Notes: a model not told the origin generated them from the letters alone. Counted from the first letter of the stretch, positions 27,511 to 38,780 are shown. The stretch: DNA of 64,000 nt from an uncultured bacterium (GCA_963695095.1 CAVOFT010000001.1:2528001-2592000), one strand, 5' to 3'. Program-made: numbers and translations.

Positions 27511-28253
27511 TTGAGGAGCACCAGCTTGCGTGCGAGCTGCGTCCCGCCGGCGCTCAGCCGCGCGAAGTAGATGCCGCTGGCCAGGCCCCGCGGCTGCCAG
27601 TCGAGTTCCAGCCAGCCGGGCTCCCGGTGGCCGTCCCAGAGTCGCGCCACCTCGCGCCCGCGCACGTCGTGGATGCTCAGGCGCACCCGGCCCGCTTGCG
27701 GCAGGCCGAAACGCAGGCGCGTCGAGGGATTGAAGGGATTGGGCCAGTTGGGCGCGAGGGTGAGCAGCGCGGGCGGCAGCGCATCTGCCGGGCTATCCGG
27801 AGTGGCGATGCGATGGGCTTCGCTGGCGATCTGACCCAGGTTGCCGTAGGCGTCGGCCAGGGCGAGCGTCCAGCGGCAGTCGAAGCTGGGCGTTTCGGGC
27901 ACCAACCAGGCGTAGGCGAAGCTCGGCGGCTCGCCGAGGCCGGCGGCGAGGGAGAGCGAATCCTCGTGCACGGCGAGGCCGTCCACGCGGATCGTGAGCG
28001 CCAGCGGCCGCGCCGTGTCGGGCAGGGCCGGCAGGTTGGCCTCCGTCACGGACCAGCCGATCTCGACGAGCTCGCCGCCCAGCAGGATCGCCCCCGGCTC
28101 TGGCGCCAGCAGCGTGAAACGCGGAGCCAGGGTGTCCAGGGTGCCGGCGGCGCTCAGCCCCAAGGCCGTCCCCGCGCGCGCGCCGAGGGCCGGCAGCGCG
28201 AGCAGGGCGAGGGTCGGCAGCAGCGCCGAGCGCAGCGAAGGGCAGAGGGGCAT
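27507..28253 (-). CDS. Secreted Ig-like protein with T9SS-like CTD
   Basis: Signal peptide, NWPNPFNPST...LASGIYFARL...KLVLLK; stop overlaps the next start. Confidence 0.8.
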   Translation of the reverse strand: MPLCPSLRSALLPTLALLALPALGARAGTALGLSAAGTLDTLAPRFTLLAPEPGAILLGGELVEIGWSVTEANLPALPDTARPLALTIRVDGLAVHEDSLSLAAGLGEPPSFAYAWLVPETPSFDCRWTLALADAYGNLGQIASEAHRIATPDSPADALPPALLTLAPNWPNPFNPSTRLRFGLPQAGRVRLSIHDVRGREVARLWDGHREPGWLELDWQPRGLASGIYFARLSAGGTQLARKLVLLK

Positions 28254-28337
28254 GGTGGCTCCGGGCAGGGCCGGCGCGGGCCGGCCGTCAATCCATCGAG
28301 TATACGGCATTGGGGCCGCCCAGAGAAGCGGGGCCGC

Positions 28338-29240
28338 TCAGCGCGGGCGGCCCCAGCGGTCCAGCCAGAGGCCATGGCGCAGCGCTCGGGCGCTGAGCTG
28401 AAGGCGTTCGGCGCCGCGGCGGCGCATCAGGGCGAGGACGATGGCCGCCCCGGCGAGGATGACCGGCGCCCGCTCGGGCATCAGGCCGGGCAGGGCGGCC
28501 CGCTCGGCCACCCTCAAGCGCCGGTAGCGTTCGACCTGGCATTCGATGTCGGCGAGCGTCAGGGCCAGGCCCTCGACGCGCTGCGGGCGCCAGTCGGCCT
28601 CGCCCAGGGCGACGGTGCCCAGGCTGGTCGCCGTGCCGCCGATGCCCACCAGCGCTCCGCTTCCCGGCGCGAGCGGCGCGAGACGCTCGGCGCAGGCGGC
28701 CAGCATGGCGCTGAGGGCGGCCGGCGGCACGGGGTCCTCGCGCTGGAATTCCTCGCTGAGGCGCAGGCAGCCCAGCTCGAGACTGAAGCGCTCCCCCATC
28801 CGGTCGCCCTCGCCGGCGATGCACTCGGTGCTGCCGCCCCCGATGTCGACGACGAGGCAGGAACCCGGCGGCGCTCCGGCGCCCGAGCGGGCGGCGAGGA
28901 AGGACAGGCGGGCTTCCTCTTCGCCGGGAATCACCGCAATGGCGAGCCCGCAGCGCTCGCGCGCGCGGGCCAGGAAGTCCTCGGCGTTCGCCGCGGCGCG
29001 GAGAGCCGCCGTGCCCACGGCCGCGAACTCCGTGGCGCCTTGCGCCCGCGCGGCGCCGACCAGCGCCGCCAGCGCGTCAAGCGTGCGCGCCATCGCCGCC
29101 TCGCCGAGACGCCCCGAGCGGCCGAGTCCCTCGCCGAGGCCGGTCACGGCCAGGGTGTCCAGGATGGGCGCGGCCAGCTCCTCGGCGAGCACCAGCTTCA
29201 CCGAGTTGCTGCCGACATCGAGGGCGGCGGCGCGCGGCAC
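28338..29240 (-). CDS. Ppx/GppA exopolyphosphatase family
   Basis: Real gene is the 3' part of ORF 28338..31403: DVGSNSVK, GTAALRAAAN, GEEEA, DIGGGSTE; GTG start overlaps the upstream TAG. Confidence 0.9.
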   Translation of the reverse strand: MPRAAALDVGSNSVKLVLAEELAAPILDTLAVTGLGEGLGRSGRLGEAAMARTLDALAALVGAARAQGATEFAAVGTAALRAAANAEDFLARARERCGLAIAVIPGEEEARLSFLAARSGAGAPPGSCLVVDIGGGSTECIAGEGDRMGERFSLELGCLRLSEEFQREDPVPPAALSAMLAACAERLAPLAPGSGALVGIGGTATSLGTVALGEADWRPQRVEGLALTLADIECQVERYRRLRVAERAALPGLMPERAPVILAGAAIVLALMRRRGAERLQLSARALRHGLWLDRWGRPR

Positions 29241-31342
29241 TACCCGGAGCCCTCGGCGGGCGGCGCCGCGGGCGACCGCTCCTCGCGGTAGCGGGTGAGC
29301 ATGGCGCGGGCGATGTCGGTCGAATGGCTGTTGAGCTTGCGCAGGGCGTCCATGACGGCAATGTGGATCTGGCTGCTCGCGACGGCGTCCGTGACCTCGT
29401 GGGTCACGCGCTCGAAATGGGCGCGGCGATAGCTCTCCTCGAGGGCGACGTACTTGGCCTGCTTGCGCGTCATGTGCTCGGCCTGGGTCAGGCTGCCCTC
29501 GCGGAAGGCCTCCAGGCCGCGCGCGAGCTGCTTGACCACCTTGAGATGGTAGGCGCGGACCTGCGCCTCGCCGGCGGCCGAGAAGGCGAGGCCGGTCTCG
29601 AGCTTGTGCCGCGCCAGCGGCCGCAGCTCGCGGTAGATGACGTCCGAGCTCAGCTCGAGGAGCTTCGTGACGTGCAGCATCAGGTAGACCTCTTCGGTCT
29701 GCTCGGGGCTGAGATTGCGGCGGCCGATCTCGAGCAGATAGGCCGTGATCTGCTCGTCGAGGGCGTCGACGCGGTGCTCCTCCTCGTCGAGGGCTTCGAG
29801 CAAGTCCAGGCGGCGCCCGCAGAGGGGATCGATCACCGCCTCGGTCATGTGCTTGACCAGGCCGCCCAGGCTGAGGATCTCCACCTTGGCCAGACTGAGG
29901 GCGAGGGCCGGCGTGCTCAGCACGCTGGCTTCCAGGTGCCGGGCGCGCAGGCGCTCGGGCAATTGCTCGACCCGATCCGGAAGGATGCGCGTGAGGGCGC
30001 GGGCGGCCAGCCCGGTGAAGGGCAGGAAGAGCAGCGCGAGGCCGACGTTGAACACGCTGTGCGCGTTGGCGATCTGGCGGGGGATGTCCGGCGGCATGCC
30101 CGCGGCGAGATCGGCGCTGCTGAGCTGCGGCGAGAGCGCGCGCACGAGATCGGCGAAGGCCGGAATCCAGCCGACGAAGATCGCCACGCCGAGCACCTTG
30201 AAGGCCGTGTGGGCGAAGGCCACCCGCTTGGCCGCCCGGCCGGTCTTGAGGCTGGCCAGGTAGGCCGTCACGCAGGTGCCGATGTTGGCGCCGAACATGA
30301 GCGGGATGCCGGCCTCGAGGCCGATCAGGCCCTGCTGGGCGAGCACGATGATGAGACCGAGGAAGGCGGCGCTGCTCTGGATGAGCGCCGTGAGCAGCGT
30401 GCCGACGAGGATGCCGGCCACCGGGTCCTCCAGGGTGCGCAGCACGGCGAGAAAGGCCTGGTGATCGCGCAGGGGCCCCATCGATTCGGCCATCACGTGC
30501 ATGCCGAAGAAGAGCAGGCCGGCGCCCAGCAGCACCTCGCCCGTGTGCCGCCAGGCGGCGCGGCGGCCCAGCGTGCGCAGGCCGAAGCCGATGGCGATCA
30601 TCAGGAGCGCGTAGTGCGTGAGCCGGAAGGCGATGAGCTGCGCCGTCAGCGTGGTGCCGATGTCGGCGCCGAGGATGACGCCCAGCGATTGCGCGAAGCT
30701 GATCAGGCCGGCCTGGACGAAGCTGACGAGCAGGACCGTCGTCGCGCTGGAGCTCTGCACGAGCACGGTGACGAAGGCGCCCGCGGCCAGGCCCAGCACG
30801 CGGTTCCGGGTGAGCGCGCCGAGCACGGCCCGCAGGCGACGGCCCGCCGAGCGCTGGAGGGAGGCGCTCATCAGATCCATGCCGAAGAGGAAGAGGCCGA
30901 GCCCGCCGGCCAGGCCGAAGAGCAGGATCCACAGCCAGCCGCGCTCGCGGACGCTGATCTGGTAGACGAGGCGCGCGCCGCTGCCGGCCGCCCCCGGAAT
31001 CTGGGCGACGACGACGTGGCGACCGGGCGGCGCGCCGGGCCGATAGCCGAGGGCGGCCCGACCCGTGGAGTCCGTCAGCGCTTCGCCCAGCTCGCTGTAG
31101 ACCGGCGCCACGAGCGTGAAGACGATGCGCTGGCCCGGCAGCGGCGCTCCGGAGTCGTCGAGAGCGCGAGCCACCAGGCGCGTGGAGCCGCCCGCCAGCA
31201 GACTGAGTGGCGCGGGCTCTCGCTGCTGGCCATCGGCGGTGAGGGGCGGGAGGAGCCGCGGCCCGGCCGCCGCGGCAGCGCCGGGGCCGAGCAGGAGGGC
31301 GAGAGCGAGCAGGCGCAGGGCAAGGCGCGGCATCGAGTCCAC
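29240..31342 (-). CDS. Na+/Pi cotransporter (NptA/YjbB family) with N-terminal Ig-like and C-terminal PhoU-like domains
   Basis: QSSSATT and GADIGTT/GANIGT repeats; signal peptide followed by TDSTGRA Big-like segment. Confidence 0.9.
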   Translation of the reverse strand: MDSMPRLALRLLALALLLGPGAAAAAGPRLLPPLTADGQQREPAPLSLLAGGSTRLVARALDDSGAPLPGQRIVFTLVAPVYSELGEALTDSTGRAALGYRPGAPPGRHVVVAQIPGAAGSGARLVYQISVRERGWLWILLFGLAGGLGLFLFGMDLMSASLQRSAGRRLRAVLGALTRNRVLGLAAGAFVTVLVQSSSATTVLLVSFVQAGLISFAQSLGVILGADIGTTLTAQLIAFRLTHYALLMIAIGFGLRTLGRRAAWRHTGEVLLGAGLLFFGMHVMAESMGPLRDHQAFLAVLRTLEDPVAGILVGTLLTALIQSSAAFLGLIIVLAQQGLIGLEAGIPLMFGANIGTCVTAYLASLKTGRAAKRVAFAHTAFKVLGVAIFVGWIPAFADLVRALSPQLSSADLAAGMPPDIPRQIANAHSVFNVGLALLFLPFTGLAARALTRILPDRVEQLPERLRARHLEASVLSTPALALSLAKVEILSLGGLVKHMTEAVIDPLCGRRLDLLEALDEEEHRVDALDEQITAYLLEIGRRNLSPEQTEEVYLMLHVTKLLELSSDVIYRELRPLARHKLETGLAFSAAGEAQVRAYHLKVVKQLARGLEAFREGSLTQAEHMTRKQAKYVALEESYRRAHFERVTHEVTDAVASSQIHIAVMDALRKLNSHSTDIARAMLTRYREERSPAAPPAEGSG

Positions 31343-31484
31343 CTCGGCATGCGGATGAGGGCCCGCCTAGCCTTAGCCCATCGATTTCGGCTTGGCAAGA
31401 CAATGCGCCCGGCCGGCGATCGCGGGCGCAGCGCGGGCGGGCGGTCTGCTATACTGGCTGCGTCCCCGGTCAGGAGTGTTCCCC

Positions 31485-34000
31485 ATGCGTCGCCTCCGCC
31501 CCGCCTCGCTCTTCGCCCTGGCCGTCCCTGCCGGCCTCGCCCTCGCCCTGAGCTGGCAGCTGGCGCTCATCGCGGCGCCGGCGCCCTCGCCGGCGCTGCG
31601 CCTGCCGCCCAGGCCCACCGAGCATCGGCTCGACGAGGACGCCGAACGGCTGAATCGCAAGGGCCGCCGCGCCTGGATGGAGGAGATGCACCGGGCGGCG
31701 CCGGGCACGGATTGGCGTGCCCTGGAGCGCGCCAACGGGCTGGCCCGCGAGGCCCTGCACGCCGCCGCCGGCACGCGCGCGACGGCCTGGACGGAGATCG
31801 GCAGTCGCAACCTGGCGGGCCGCATGCACTGCGCGGCCGTCTCGGTGGCCGGCGACAGTCTCTATGCCGGCTCGGACCTGGGCGGCCTCTGGAAGGGCGA
31901 CCTGGCCGGAGGCGGCTGGCATCCCCTCTCGGACAACCTCTACGGCGGCGTGCGCGGCGGCGTGGCCGTGGCGGGCGTGGATCCCGAGCTGATCACCGTG
32001 CTCGCGACCAGCGCGGCTGTCCGCTACAGCGAGGATCAGGGCGCCACCTGGCAGGTCCCCGCCGGCCTGCCCGCCTCGCTGCTGAGCGCGCTGCGCGTGC
32101 AGCGCGATCCGGCCGACCCGGACCGCGTCTACCTGCTCATCAACTCGCAGGGCCTCTTCGTCGAGCTGTACCGCTCCGACGACGCCGGGCGCAGCTACAC
32201 GCTCGTCAACCACACCGGGGGCAGCGTGGCCGACTTCTGGGTGGATCGCACGGGCGGCGGCGATCTCTACCTGATGATTCGCGACAGGCTCTACCGCAGC
32301 ACGAACCTGGGCGCCACCTGGACGCCCCTGGGCAGCCTGCCGAGCGTGCCGAGCAAGGTCATCCTGGCCGGCTCGGAGGCGGGAGCGCCCACCTTCTACC
32401 TCGCCGCGCGCCTGGCGGGCAACTGGGAGCTCTGGCGGAGCCCGGACGGCGGGGCGAGCTGGGCCTACCGCGCCGAGCTCGACGACTGGTGGGAGACGCT
32501 GAACTGCTCGATCACGGACCCGAACCTCGTGGTCTACGCCGGCGTCGAGGCCTGGCGCAGCACGAACGGCGGCGGCAGCTTCACGCGGGTCAACGGCTGG
32601 GGCGAGTACTACAGCGATCCCCTGCACAAGCTGCACGCGGACAACCCGGGCCTGGAAGTGATCTGGGTGCCGGGCGCGGGCGAGCGCTGGTTCCCCTGCA
32701 CGGACGGCGGCATCTACCGCAGCGACGACGGGATGCTCACGGTCAGCAATCTCTCGCTGACGGGACTCGGCGTCAGCCAGTACTACGACGTCCTCACCAG
32801 CGCGAACAATCCCTACCGCATCGCCGCCGGCAGCCAGGATCAGGGCTACCAGCGCGCGGACGGCCGGCGCGATCCGCTGGTGGGCTTCGAGCAGCTCATC
32901 AGCGGCGACTACGGCCACCTCACCTCGGGCAACGGCGAGCACGACATCGTCTTCTCCGTCTACCCGGGCTTCACGCTGGTCCAGCAGGGCGAGCTGGTGC
33001 ACATCCTGCACTACCTGGATTTCCCCGCCGGCGCCGAATCACCTCTGGCTGCCGCCCATCGTCGCCGATCCGGAAAACCTGCAGGCCTATTACTTCTGCG
33101 GCCAGTACCTCTATCGCGGCCTGTGGTCGGGCGGCGACAACGTCAGCTATACGCAGCACGCCCAGGACTTCACGGCCTACGGCGGCAACTACCTGAGCGC
33201 CTTCGCCATCTCGCCGCTCGATCTCGATCGCCGACTCGCCGTCACGAACACGGGCGAGATCTGGTACAGCCACGACCATGGCGCGAGCTGGCAGCACTCG
33301 GCGGCCCAGGGCCCGGGCGGCCACTACTTCCACGGCACGGCCCTGGCCTGCTCGCCGCTGGCGGCCGGGCGGGCCTGGCTGGGCGGCAGCGGCTACAGCG
33401 GACCGGCCGTCTACCGCACGGAGGACGGCGGCCTGAGCTGGACGCCGCTGGCCGACGGCCTGCCCGCCACGCTCGTCTACATGCTCGCCGTCGAGAGCCC
33501 GGCCAGCGAGACGCTCTACGCCGCCACCGAGGCCGGACCCTACCTGCTGCCCGCCGGCAGCAGCACCTGGCAGTACATCGGCGGCGGCGCCCCGCTCACT
33601 CTCTTCTGGAGCGTGGAGGCGGTGCCGGCCATCGGCGTCATGCGCTTCGGCACCTACGGCCGCGGCATCTGGGACTTCGATACGAGCACGGTGACCGCCG
33701 TGGCCGAGGCTGCGCCCGCGGCGGGCTTCGAGCTGACGAGCTACCCCAATCCCTTCAATCCGCAGACCAGCCTGCGCTTCAGCCTGGCCGCGCCGGGCCG
33801 CGCGCGCCTGGTGATCGTCGGCGCCGCGGGCCGCGTGCTGCGCCACCTGCTGGACGCGGAGCTGTCCCGCCGGCGTGCAGGAATTGCGCTGGGACGGCAG
33901 GAGCGACAGCGGGCGCGCGCTGCCCAGCGGCGTCTACTTCGCCCGCCTTGAGAGCAGCGATGGCCGGGTCGAGAGCCGGCGGCTGACCTTGCTCCGCTAG
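31485..34000 (+). CDS. Secreted BNR/VPS10-type beta-propeller protein with FlgD-Ig CTD; single-base insertions near 33036 and 33867
   Basis: Repeated SxDxGxTW motifs, GSQDQG, TYGRGIW, YPNPFNP; reading continues across frames to RRLTLLR*. Confidence 0.8.
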
Positions 34001-34013
34001 TCGGGCCCGGGGC

Positions 34014-35421
34014 TCAGTCCAGCCGGAAGCGCTCGCCGAAGGCGGGCACCTGCACGTCGGGCGCGCCCTTCTCGCGCAGGGCGACGGCCAGGGCCTCCGA
34101 CTGCCTCTCCTCGCCGTGGACGAGGAAGATGCGCCCCGGCTTCTCGCGCATGCCCTCGTAGAAGCGCAGCAGGTCGAGGCGGTCCGCGTGGGCGCTGTAG
34201 GCGTGCAGGGCGCGCGACCTCGGCCGCCACCTCGTACTCCTCGCCCAGGATGCGCACCCGCTTGGCGCCCTCCTCGAGCCGGCGACCCAGCGTGTGCCCC
34301 GCCTGGAAGCCGACGATGAGCACGGTGTTGCGCGCATCGCCGACGCTGTTGGCGAGGTGGTGGAGCACGCGGCCCGCTTCGCACATGCCCGAGGCGGAGA
34401 TGATCACGCAGGGCCCGCGGTGGAAGTTCAGGCGCTTGGATTCCTCGACGCTCTCGACGTAGCGCATGCGCGAGAAGCCGAAGGGATCCCCGCCCGCCGC
34501 GAGCATGGCCCAGGTCTCGGCGTCGAAGCACTCCTCGTGGGCGGCGAAGACGTGGCTGGCCCTGGCGGTCAGCGGGCTGTCGATGTAGACGGGCAGATCG
34601 GGGATCTCCCCCGCCGTGATCAGGCGGTGCAGCTCGTAGATGATCTCCTGGCTGCGGCCCACGCTGAAGGCGGGGATGATCACCTTGCCGCCGCGCGCGG
34701 CCGTGCGGCCGACGATCTCGCCCAGCTTCTCCTCGGCGCCGCGGATGTCGGCGTGGAAGCGGTCGCCGTAGGTGCTCTCCATGATCAGCACGTCGGCGGC
34801 TTCCGGCTGCTCCGGATCCTTGAGAATGGGCAGGTAGCGCCGGCCCAGATCGCCCGAGAAGGTGAGGCGCAGGCGCTGGCCGCCGCCGCGGTCGATCACC
34901 ACCTCGATGAAGGCGCTGCCCAGGATGTGCCCCGCGTCGCGGAAGGTGGCCGTCACCCCGGGGCGCACGGCGAAGGACTGCCGGTAGCGCTGGGGCTCGA
35001 GCAGCTTGAGCGTGCGCTCGACGTCGGCGAGATTGTAGAGCGGCTCGACGGGCTCCTCCCCCCGCTTGCGCCGCCGGTTCAGCCACTCGGCGTCGCGCTC
35101 CTGGATGTGGGCGCTGTCCTTGAGCATCACGGCGAGCAGATCGGCCGTGGCCCGCGTGCAGTGGATCTTGCCCCTGAAGCCGTGCTTGACGAGGCTGGGC
35201 AGGTTGCCGCCGTGGTCCATGTGGGCATGGCTGAGCAGGACGGCATTGACCGCCGAGGCCTTGAAGGGCAGCTCCCGATTCTGCCGATTCGCCTCGGCGC
35301 GCTTGCCCTGCACGAGGCCGCAGTCCATGAGGATCTGCTCGGCCCCCAGGCCGAGCAGATGCCGGCTGCCGGTCACGTCCCGCGCCGCGCCCCAGAAGCT
35401 GATGTCGATTTCGCCGATCAT
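34014..35421 (-). CDS. MBL-fold beta-CASP ribonuclease; insertion near 34210
   Basis: GAARDVTGS, SHAHMDH, AGHILGS, SGDLG, ESTYG, ASGMCEAGR, then YSAHAD and LVHGE in the shifted frame. Confidence 0.9.
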
Positions 35422-35507
35422 GCCGCCTCCCCGATCTTGGTCCACGAAAGCGTGAACTCTAGCACAGGCGGCCGGCAGCGCCCAGGCAGGAGTGCCGGCA
35501 ATGGGAA

Positions 35508-35535
35508 GGGGCCGGCAGTCCTGGCTGCCGGCCCC
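35508..35535 (-). terminator. Hairpin downstream of the DUF4397 gene
   Basis: GGGGCCGGCAG...CTGCCGGCCCC stem with weak T-tail. Confidence 0.5.
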
Positions 35536-35574
35536 CCATCACCACAAACGCCCAGTACTGGCGAACGCGTCTGC

Positions 35575-36981
35575 CTAGTCCGGCAAGACGGAGACCGCCG
35601 ACCAGGCTGCGGGCGCGGTATCGACCAGTACCAGGCGGAAGCTCTCGCCCTGGTTCATCAGCGAGCCCAGGGCCACGGCGAGCAGGCGCTGACCCGAGGT
35701 CGGCGCCACGCTGAAGGAGGCGACAGGATTCGTGTCGCCCGCCGCGGCGACGCCCAGCACGATGGCTCCCGCCGGCAGGGCCAGCCCCTCGGCGGCGGAA
35801 CGCTCACCGAAGCTCAGGCCCTCGAGGCCGGGCACCGGCGTGAAGGTGCCGCCGCTCACGGTGCCGAGATCCACCGCCGGCGCATCGGGCGATGCATGCA
35901 GCGCGGCCAGGAGCACGGCGCCCCCACCCGAGAAGGCCTCCGCCAGGGGTAGCAGGGTGAAGGCCTCCTGTCCGCTGCCGGGGGCGAGGAAGCCCGAGGC
36001 GACGACCAGGTAGCGCTCACCGGCGGCGAGCGACGGGGTCGCCTGGCTGGTGACGATGTTCGCATCGCCGGCCGCGCTGAAGTCGAGCGTGTAGCTGGCC
36101 GGCGGCAGCTGCAGCGGCCCGGCCAGTTCGGCGAACTCGAGATCCTCGATCAGGCGCGCGCCACCGGACCAGATGTCCACCGGCGGCGCATCGGGAGAGC
36201 CGTGCAGCGCATAGACCAGCGGGTTCTGGCGGATGAAGCCGATGCTCCCGGTCGGACCGACGGCGAGTAGGCCGAAGCCGTCCTCGCTGCGGGCCAGCTC
36301 GCTCAGCAGACCGGTGGCGATGATGAAGACCTCGGTGCCGCTGGCCAGCGCCGGCGTGGTGAAGGCCGTCACGCGGGCCAGCGGATTGCCGGCCCAGATG
36401 CCGACCTGCAGCGCGGTGCCGGAGGGCAGGGCGACGCCGGCCGCGCCGGTGTCGTCGCCGAAGCCGAAGTCCATCACCTCGGGGCTGCCGTCGTTGGCGA
36501 TGTCCAGGGCGACGGCCGGTGCGTCGGCGCCGCCGTGCACGATGCGCACCCGGGCCTCGCCGGCCGCGGCGGCCGCGAAGCCCTCGACCAGGGGCAGGAT
36601 GCGGAAGGCCTCGTCGCTGCCGTTAGGCGTGAGCAGGCCGAGCGCCACGGCGGTGATCACCGCGCCGTCGTCCACGCTCAGGTCGCCGGTCTCATGGGCG
36701 ATCGGGCTGCTGGGCGCGCTGCCTGCGGCGCGCAGCTGGATGTTGTAGGTGCCGGCGCTCAGGTCCAGGTAGGCGCTGGTCTCGCCGTAGCCGAGGTCCT
36801 CGATGAGGGGAGCGGCGACGCCTTCGGCATAGATGTCCACCGCGGGCGCATCCGGCGAGGCGTGCACGACGCGGAGCATGGCGCCTTCGCCCATGTCCAC
36901 GCTGCTGGGGCTGTCGTCCTCGCTGCAGCCCGCCAGGGCCACGAGCAGGAGAGGGATCAGGAAGAGGGTACGACGCTTCAT
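35575..36981 (-). CDS. DUF4397 repeat lipoprotein
   Basis: Lipobox LAGC; four repeats of [14 protein letters not shown] motif. Confidence 0.88.
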   Translation of the reverse strand: MKRRTLFLIPLLLVALAGCSEDDSPSSVDMGEGAMLRVVHASPDAPAVDIYAEGVAAPLIEDLGYGETSAYLDLSAGTYNIQLRAAGSAPSSPIAHETGDLSVDDGAVITAVALGLLTPNGSDEAFRILPLVEGFAAAAAGEARVRIVHGGADAPAVALDIANDGSPEVMDFGFGDDTGAAGVALPSGTALQVGIWAGNPLARVTAFTTPALASGTEVFIIATGLLSELARSEDGFGLLAVGPTGSIGFIRQNPLVYALHGSPDAPPVDIWSGGARLIEDLEFAELAGPLQLPPASYTLDFSAAGDANIVTSQATPSLAAGERYLVVASGFLAPGSGQEAFTLLPLAEAFSGGGAVLLAALHASPDAPAVDLGTVSGGTFTPVPGLEGLSFGERSAAEGLALPAGAIVLGVAAAGDTNPVASFSVAPTSGQRLLAVALGSLMNQGESFRLVLVDTAPAAWSAVSVLPD

Positions 36982-37009
36982 TGGATTTCCTCCGTCTGTT
37001 TTCTTGGCG

Positions 37010-37550
37010 TTAGGGCAGCAGGACGCTGTCGATGACGTGGATGACGCCGTTGCTGGCGGCGATGTCGGTCTGGATCACCTTGGCATCGCCCACCGTGACG
37101 CCCTGCTTGCTGGCGTCGGATGGCGAGGGTGCTGCCGTCGACGGTCTTGGCGCTCTTGAGGGTGATGACCTCGGCAGCCATCACGGAGCCCGCCACGACG
37201 TGGTTCAGCAGGATCGCGCGCAGGGCCTCGGGATCCTCGAGCAGGGCCTCGACGGTGCCTGCGGGCAGCTTGGCGAAGGCCTCATCCGTGGGCGCGAAAA
37301 CGGTGAAGGGACCCTTCCCGCTCAGGGTCGCGCTGAGACCGGCGGCCTCGACGGCCGCACCCAGGGTGCTGAAGCCGCCCGCCTGGGCGACCTCGAGCAG
37401 GTTCGGCAGCTCGGCGGCCTTGGCGTCGGCAACATGGGCGCCGCTGCTCGCCCCGCCGGCGCCGCAGCTGCCGCAGTGCGCCTTCGCGTCGGGAGCGCCC
37501 ATCAGCGCGAGAGCGAGGCTGCCCAGCCCGATGAGAATGTGCTTGGTCAT
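37010..37550 (-). CDS. Secreted fasciclin (FAS1) protein; insertion near 37118
   Basis: [20 protein letters not shown], and after the shift [19 protein letters not shown]-terminal HCGSC motif. Confidence 0.88.
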
Positions 37551-37629
37551 TGCTGTCCTCCGTCCTTTGTGGTCGCGGATCCGGCCGGCGGTCGCCAGGC
37601 CCTGCTTGTTTCCGCTTCGTACAGGACAG

Positions 37630-37658
37630 AATGTAGACAAATGTCCAAGCTATGTCAA
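37630..37658 (-). promoter_or_regulatory. sigma70 promoter overlapped by CarH-type TnnACA direct repeats
   Basis: TTGACA-N17-TACATT; repeats TTGACA/TGGACA/TCTACA spaced 11 and 10 nt. Confidence 0.7.
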
Positions 37659-37737
37659 GATTAATTCTGTACAAACATCATACAATGATCCGGCGGGCCC
37701 TCCAGGCGGGCCCAACCGTTGCCAAGGGTCTGGAAAA

Positions 37738-38703
37738 TCAGGACTTGAGGCGAAGGGAGCGGCTGAACTCGGCCAGGCTGGGCACCAGGATGGCCCCGAT
37801 GGAGGCCAGGAACTCGCCCTGATCGGCCGCGGCGGCACCGCCCGCGAAGAGCTGGACGCCCTCGCCGAGCAGTTCACGCAGCCATCGCAACTCCTTCTGC
37901 ATGAAGGCAATGTCGTCGATGACCGTGAGCCCGATCGCCACTGCCTGGGCCTGCCGCTGGCGAGCGGCGGCGGCGATCTCCTCCGCGGGCAGACTGGGCC
38001 CGAGGTAGGCTACCTCCCAACCCGCATCGGCCGCCGTCGCGCAGGCCAGCAGTGTGCCCAGCTCGTGGCGGTGGCCGCTGAGCGTCGCCGCCACGAGGCG
38101 CGGCGCCGTCTCGGACAGGGGCGGACGCTGCTGCAGGGCATGGACGAAGGACTGCACGACGGCCGTTGCCAGGTGCTCGTGGACCACGCGCAGGCTCCCC
38201 TCGTGCCAGCGCTGGCCGATGAGCACCATGAGGGGGGCGAGGAAGTCCTCGCGCAGCAGGGCCGGATTGAGCTCGACCGCCGCCTCGCCGAGCACCGTGC
38301 GCAGGGCCCGGGGGTCCAGATCCGCCACGGCCGCGAGGGCGCGGGCGAGCAGGGCGGCATGCTGCTCGCGCTGGGCCTGGGTGCGAACTCCCGCCGTCGC
38401 GGGCGCCGGCGCGCGCTCCCCGACCAGGCGGCCCGCGATGTCCTCCTGACCGAGGCGCTGGAGGGCCTGCAGCGGCAGGCCCGCCACCTCGCTGATGCGC
38501 CGCCCGCCCTCCGTGAGCTGCTTGAGCAGGCGCAAGCGCTCGATGTCCAGGTCCGAGTAGAGGCGCCGCCCGGTGGGACTGCGGTCGGGGGTCACCGCCC
38601 CGTAGCGCCGCTCCCAGGCCCGCAGCAGTTCGGCGCTCAGGCGCGTGCGCTGCCTGACCACGGCGATCGGATGTCGGGCCTCGCTCGGATCCATCGACCT
38701 CAC
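37738..38703 (-). CDS. CarH/LitR-type MerR regulator with B12-binding domain
   Basis: LRAWERRYG...RRLYS MerR HTH; W-x9-EH (WHEGSLRVVHEH) and HELG...YLGPSLP cobalamin motif. Confidence 0.9.
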   Translation of the reverse strand: MRSMDPSEARHPIAVVRQRTRLSAELLRAWERRYGAVTPDRSPTGRRLYSDLDIERLRLLKQLTEGGRRISEVAGLPLQALQRLGQEDIAGRLVGERAPAPATAGVRTQAQREQHAALLARALAAVADLDPRALRTVLGEAAVELNPALLREDFLAPLMVLIGQRWHEGSLRVVHEHLATAVVQSFVHALQQRPPLSETAPRLVAATLSGHRHELGTLLACATAADAGWEVAYLGPSLPAEEIAAAARQRQAQAVAIGLTVIDDIAFMQKELRWLRELLGEGVQLFAGGAAAADQGEFLASIGAILVPSLAEFSRSLRLKS

Positions 38704-38740
38704 CGCCTGCTCGCCGCTCTCCCTCCGACGGAGGAGCGGC

Positions 38741-38780
38741 TTTGTCCTGCCACAGTACAGGACAAACTTCCCCGGGTCAA
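38741..38780 (-). promoter_or_regulatory. Promoter of the CarH-like gene with inverted repeat
   Basis: TTGACC-N17-TACTGT; TTTGTCCTG-N8-CAGGACAAA flanks the -10 box. Confidence 0.55.

Noticed and set aside
28338..31403. 1021-aa ORF as a giant Ppx fusion
   Set aside because: The N-terminal 720 aa are an Arg/Pro-rich off-frame reading of the Na/Pi gene; only 28338-29240 is real.
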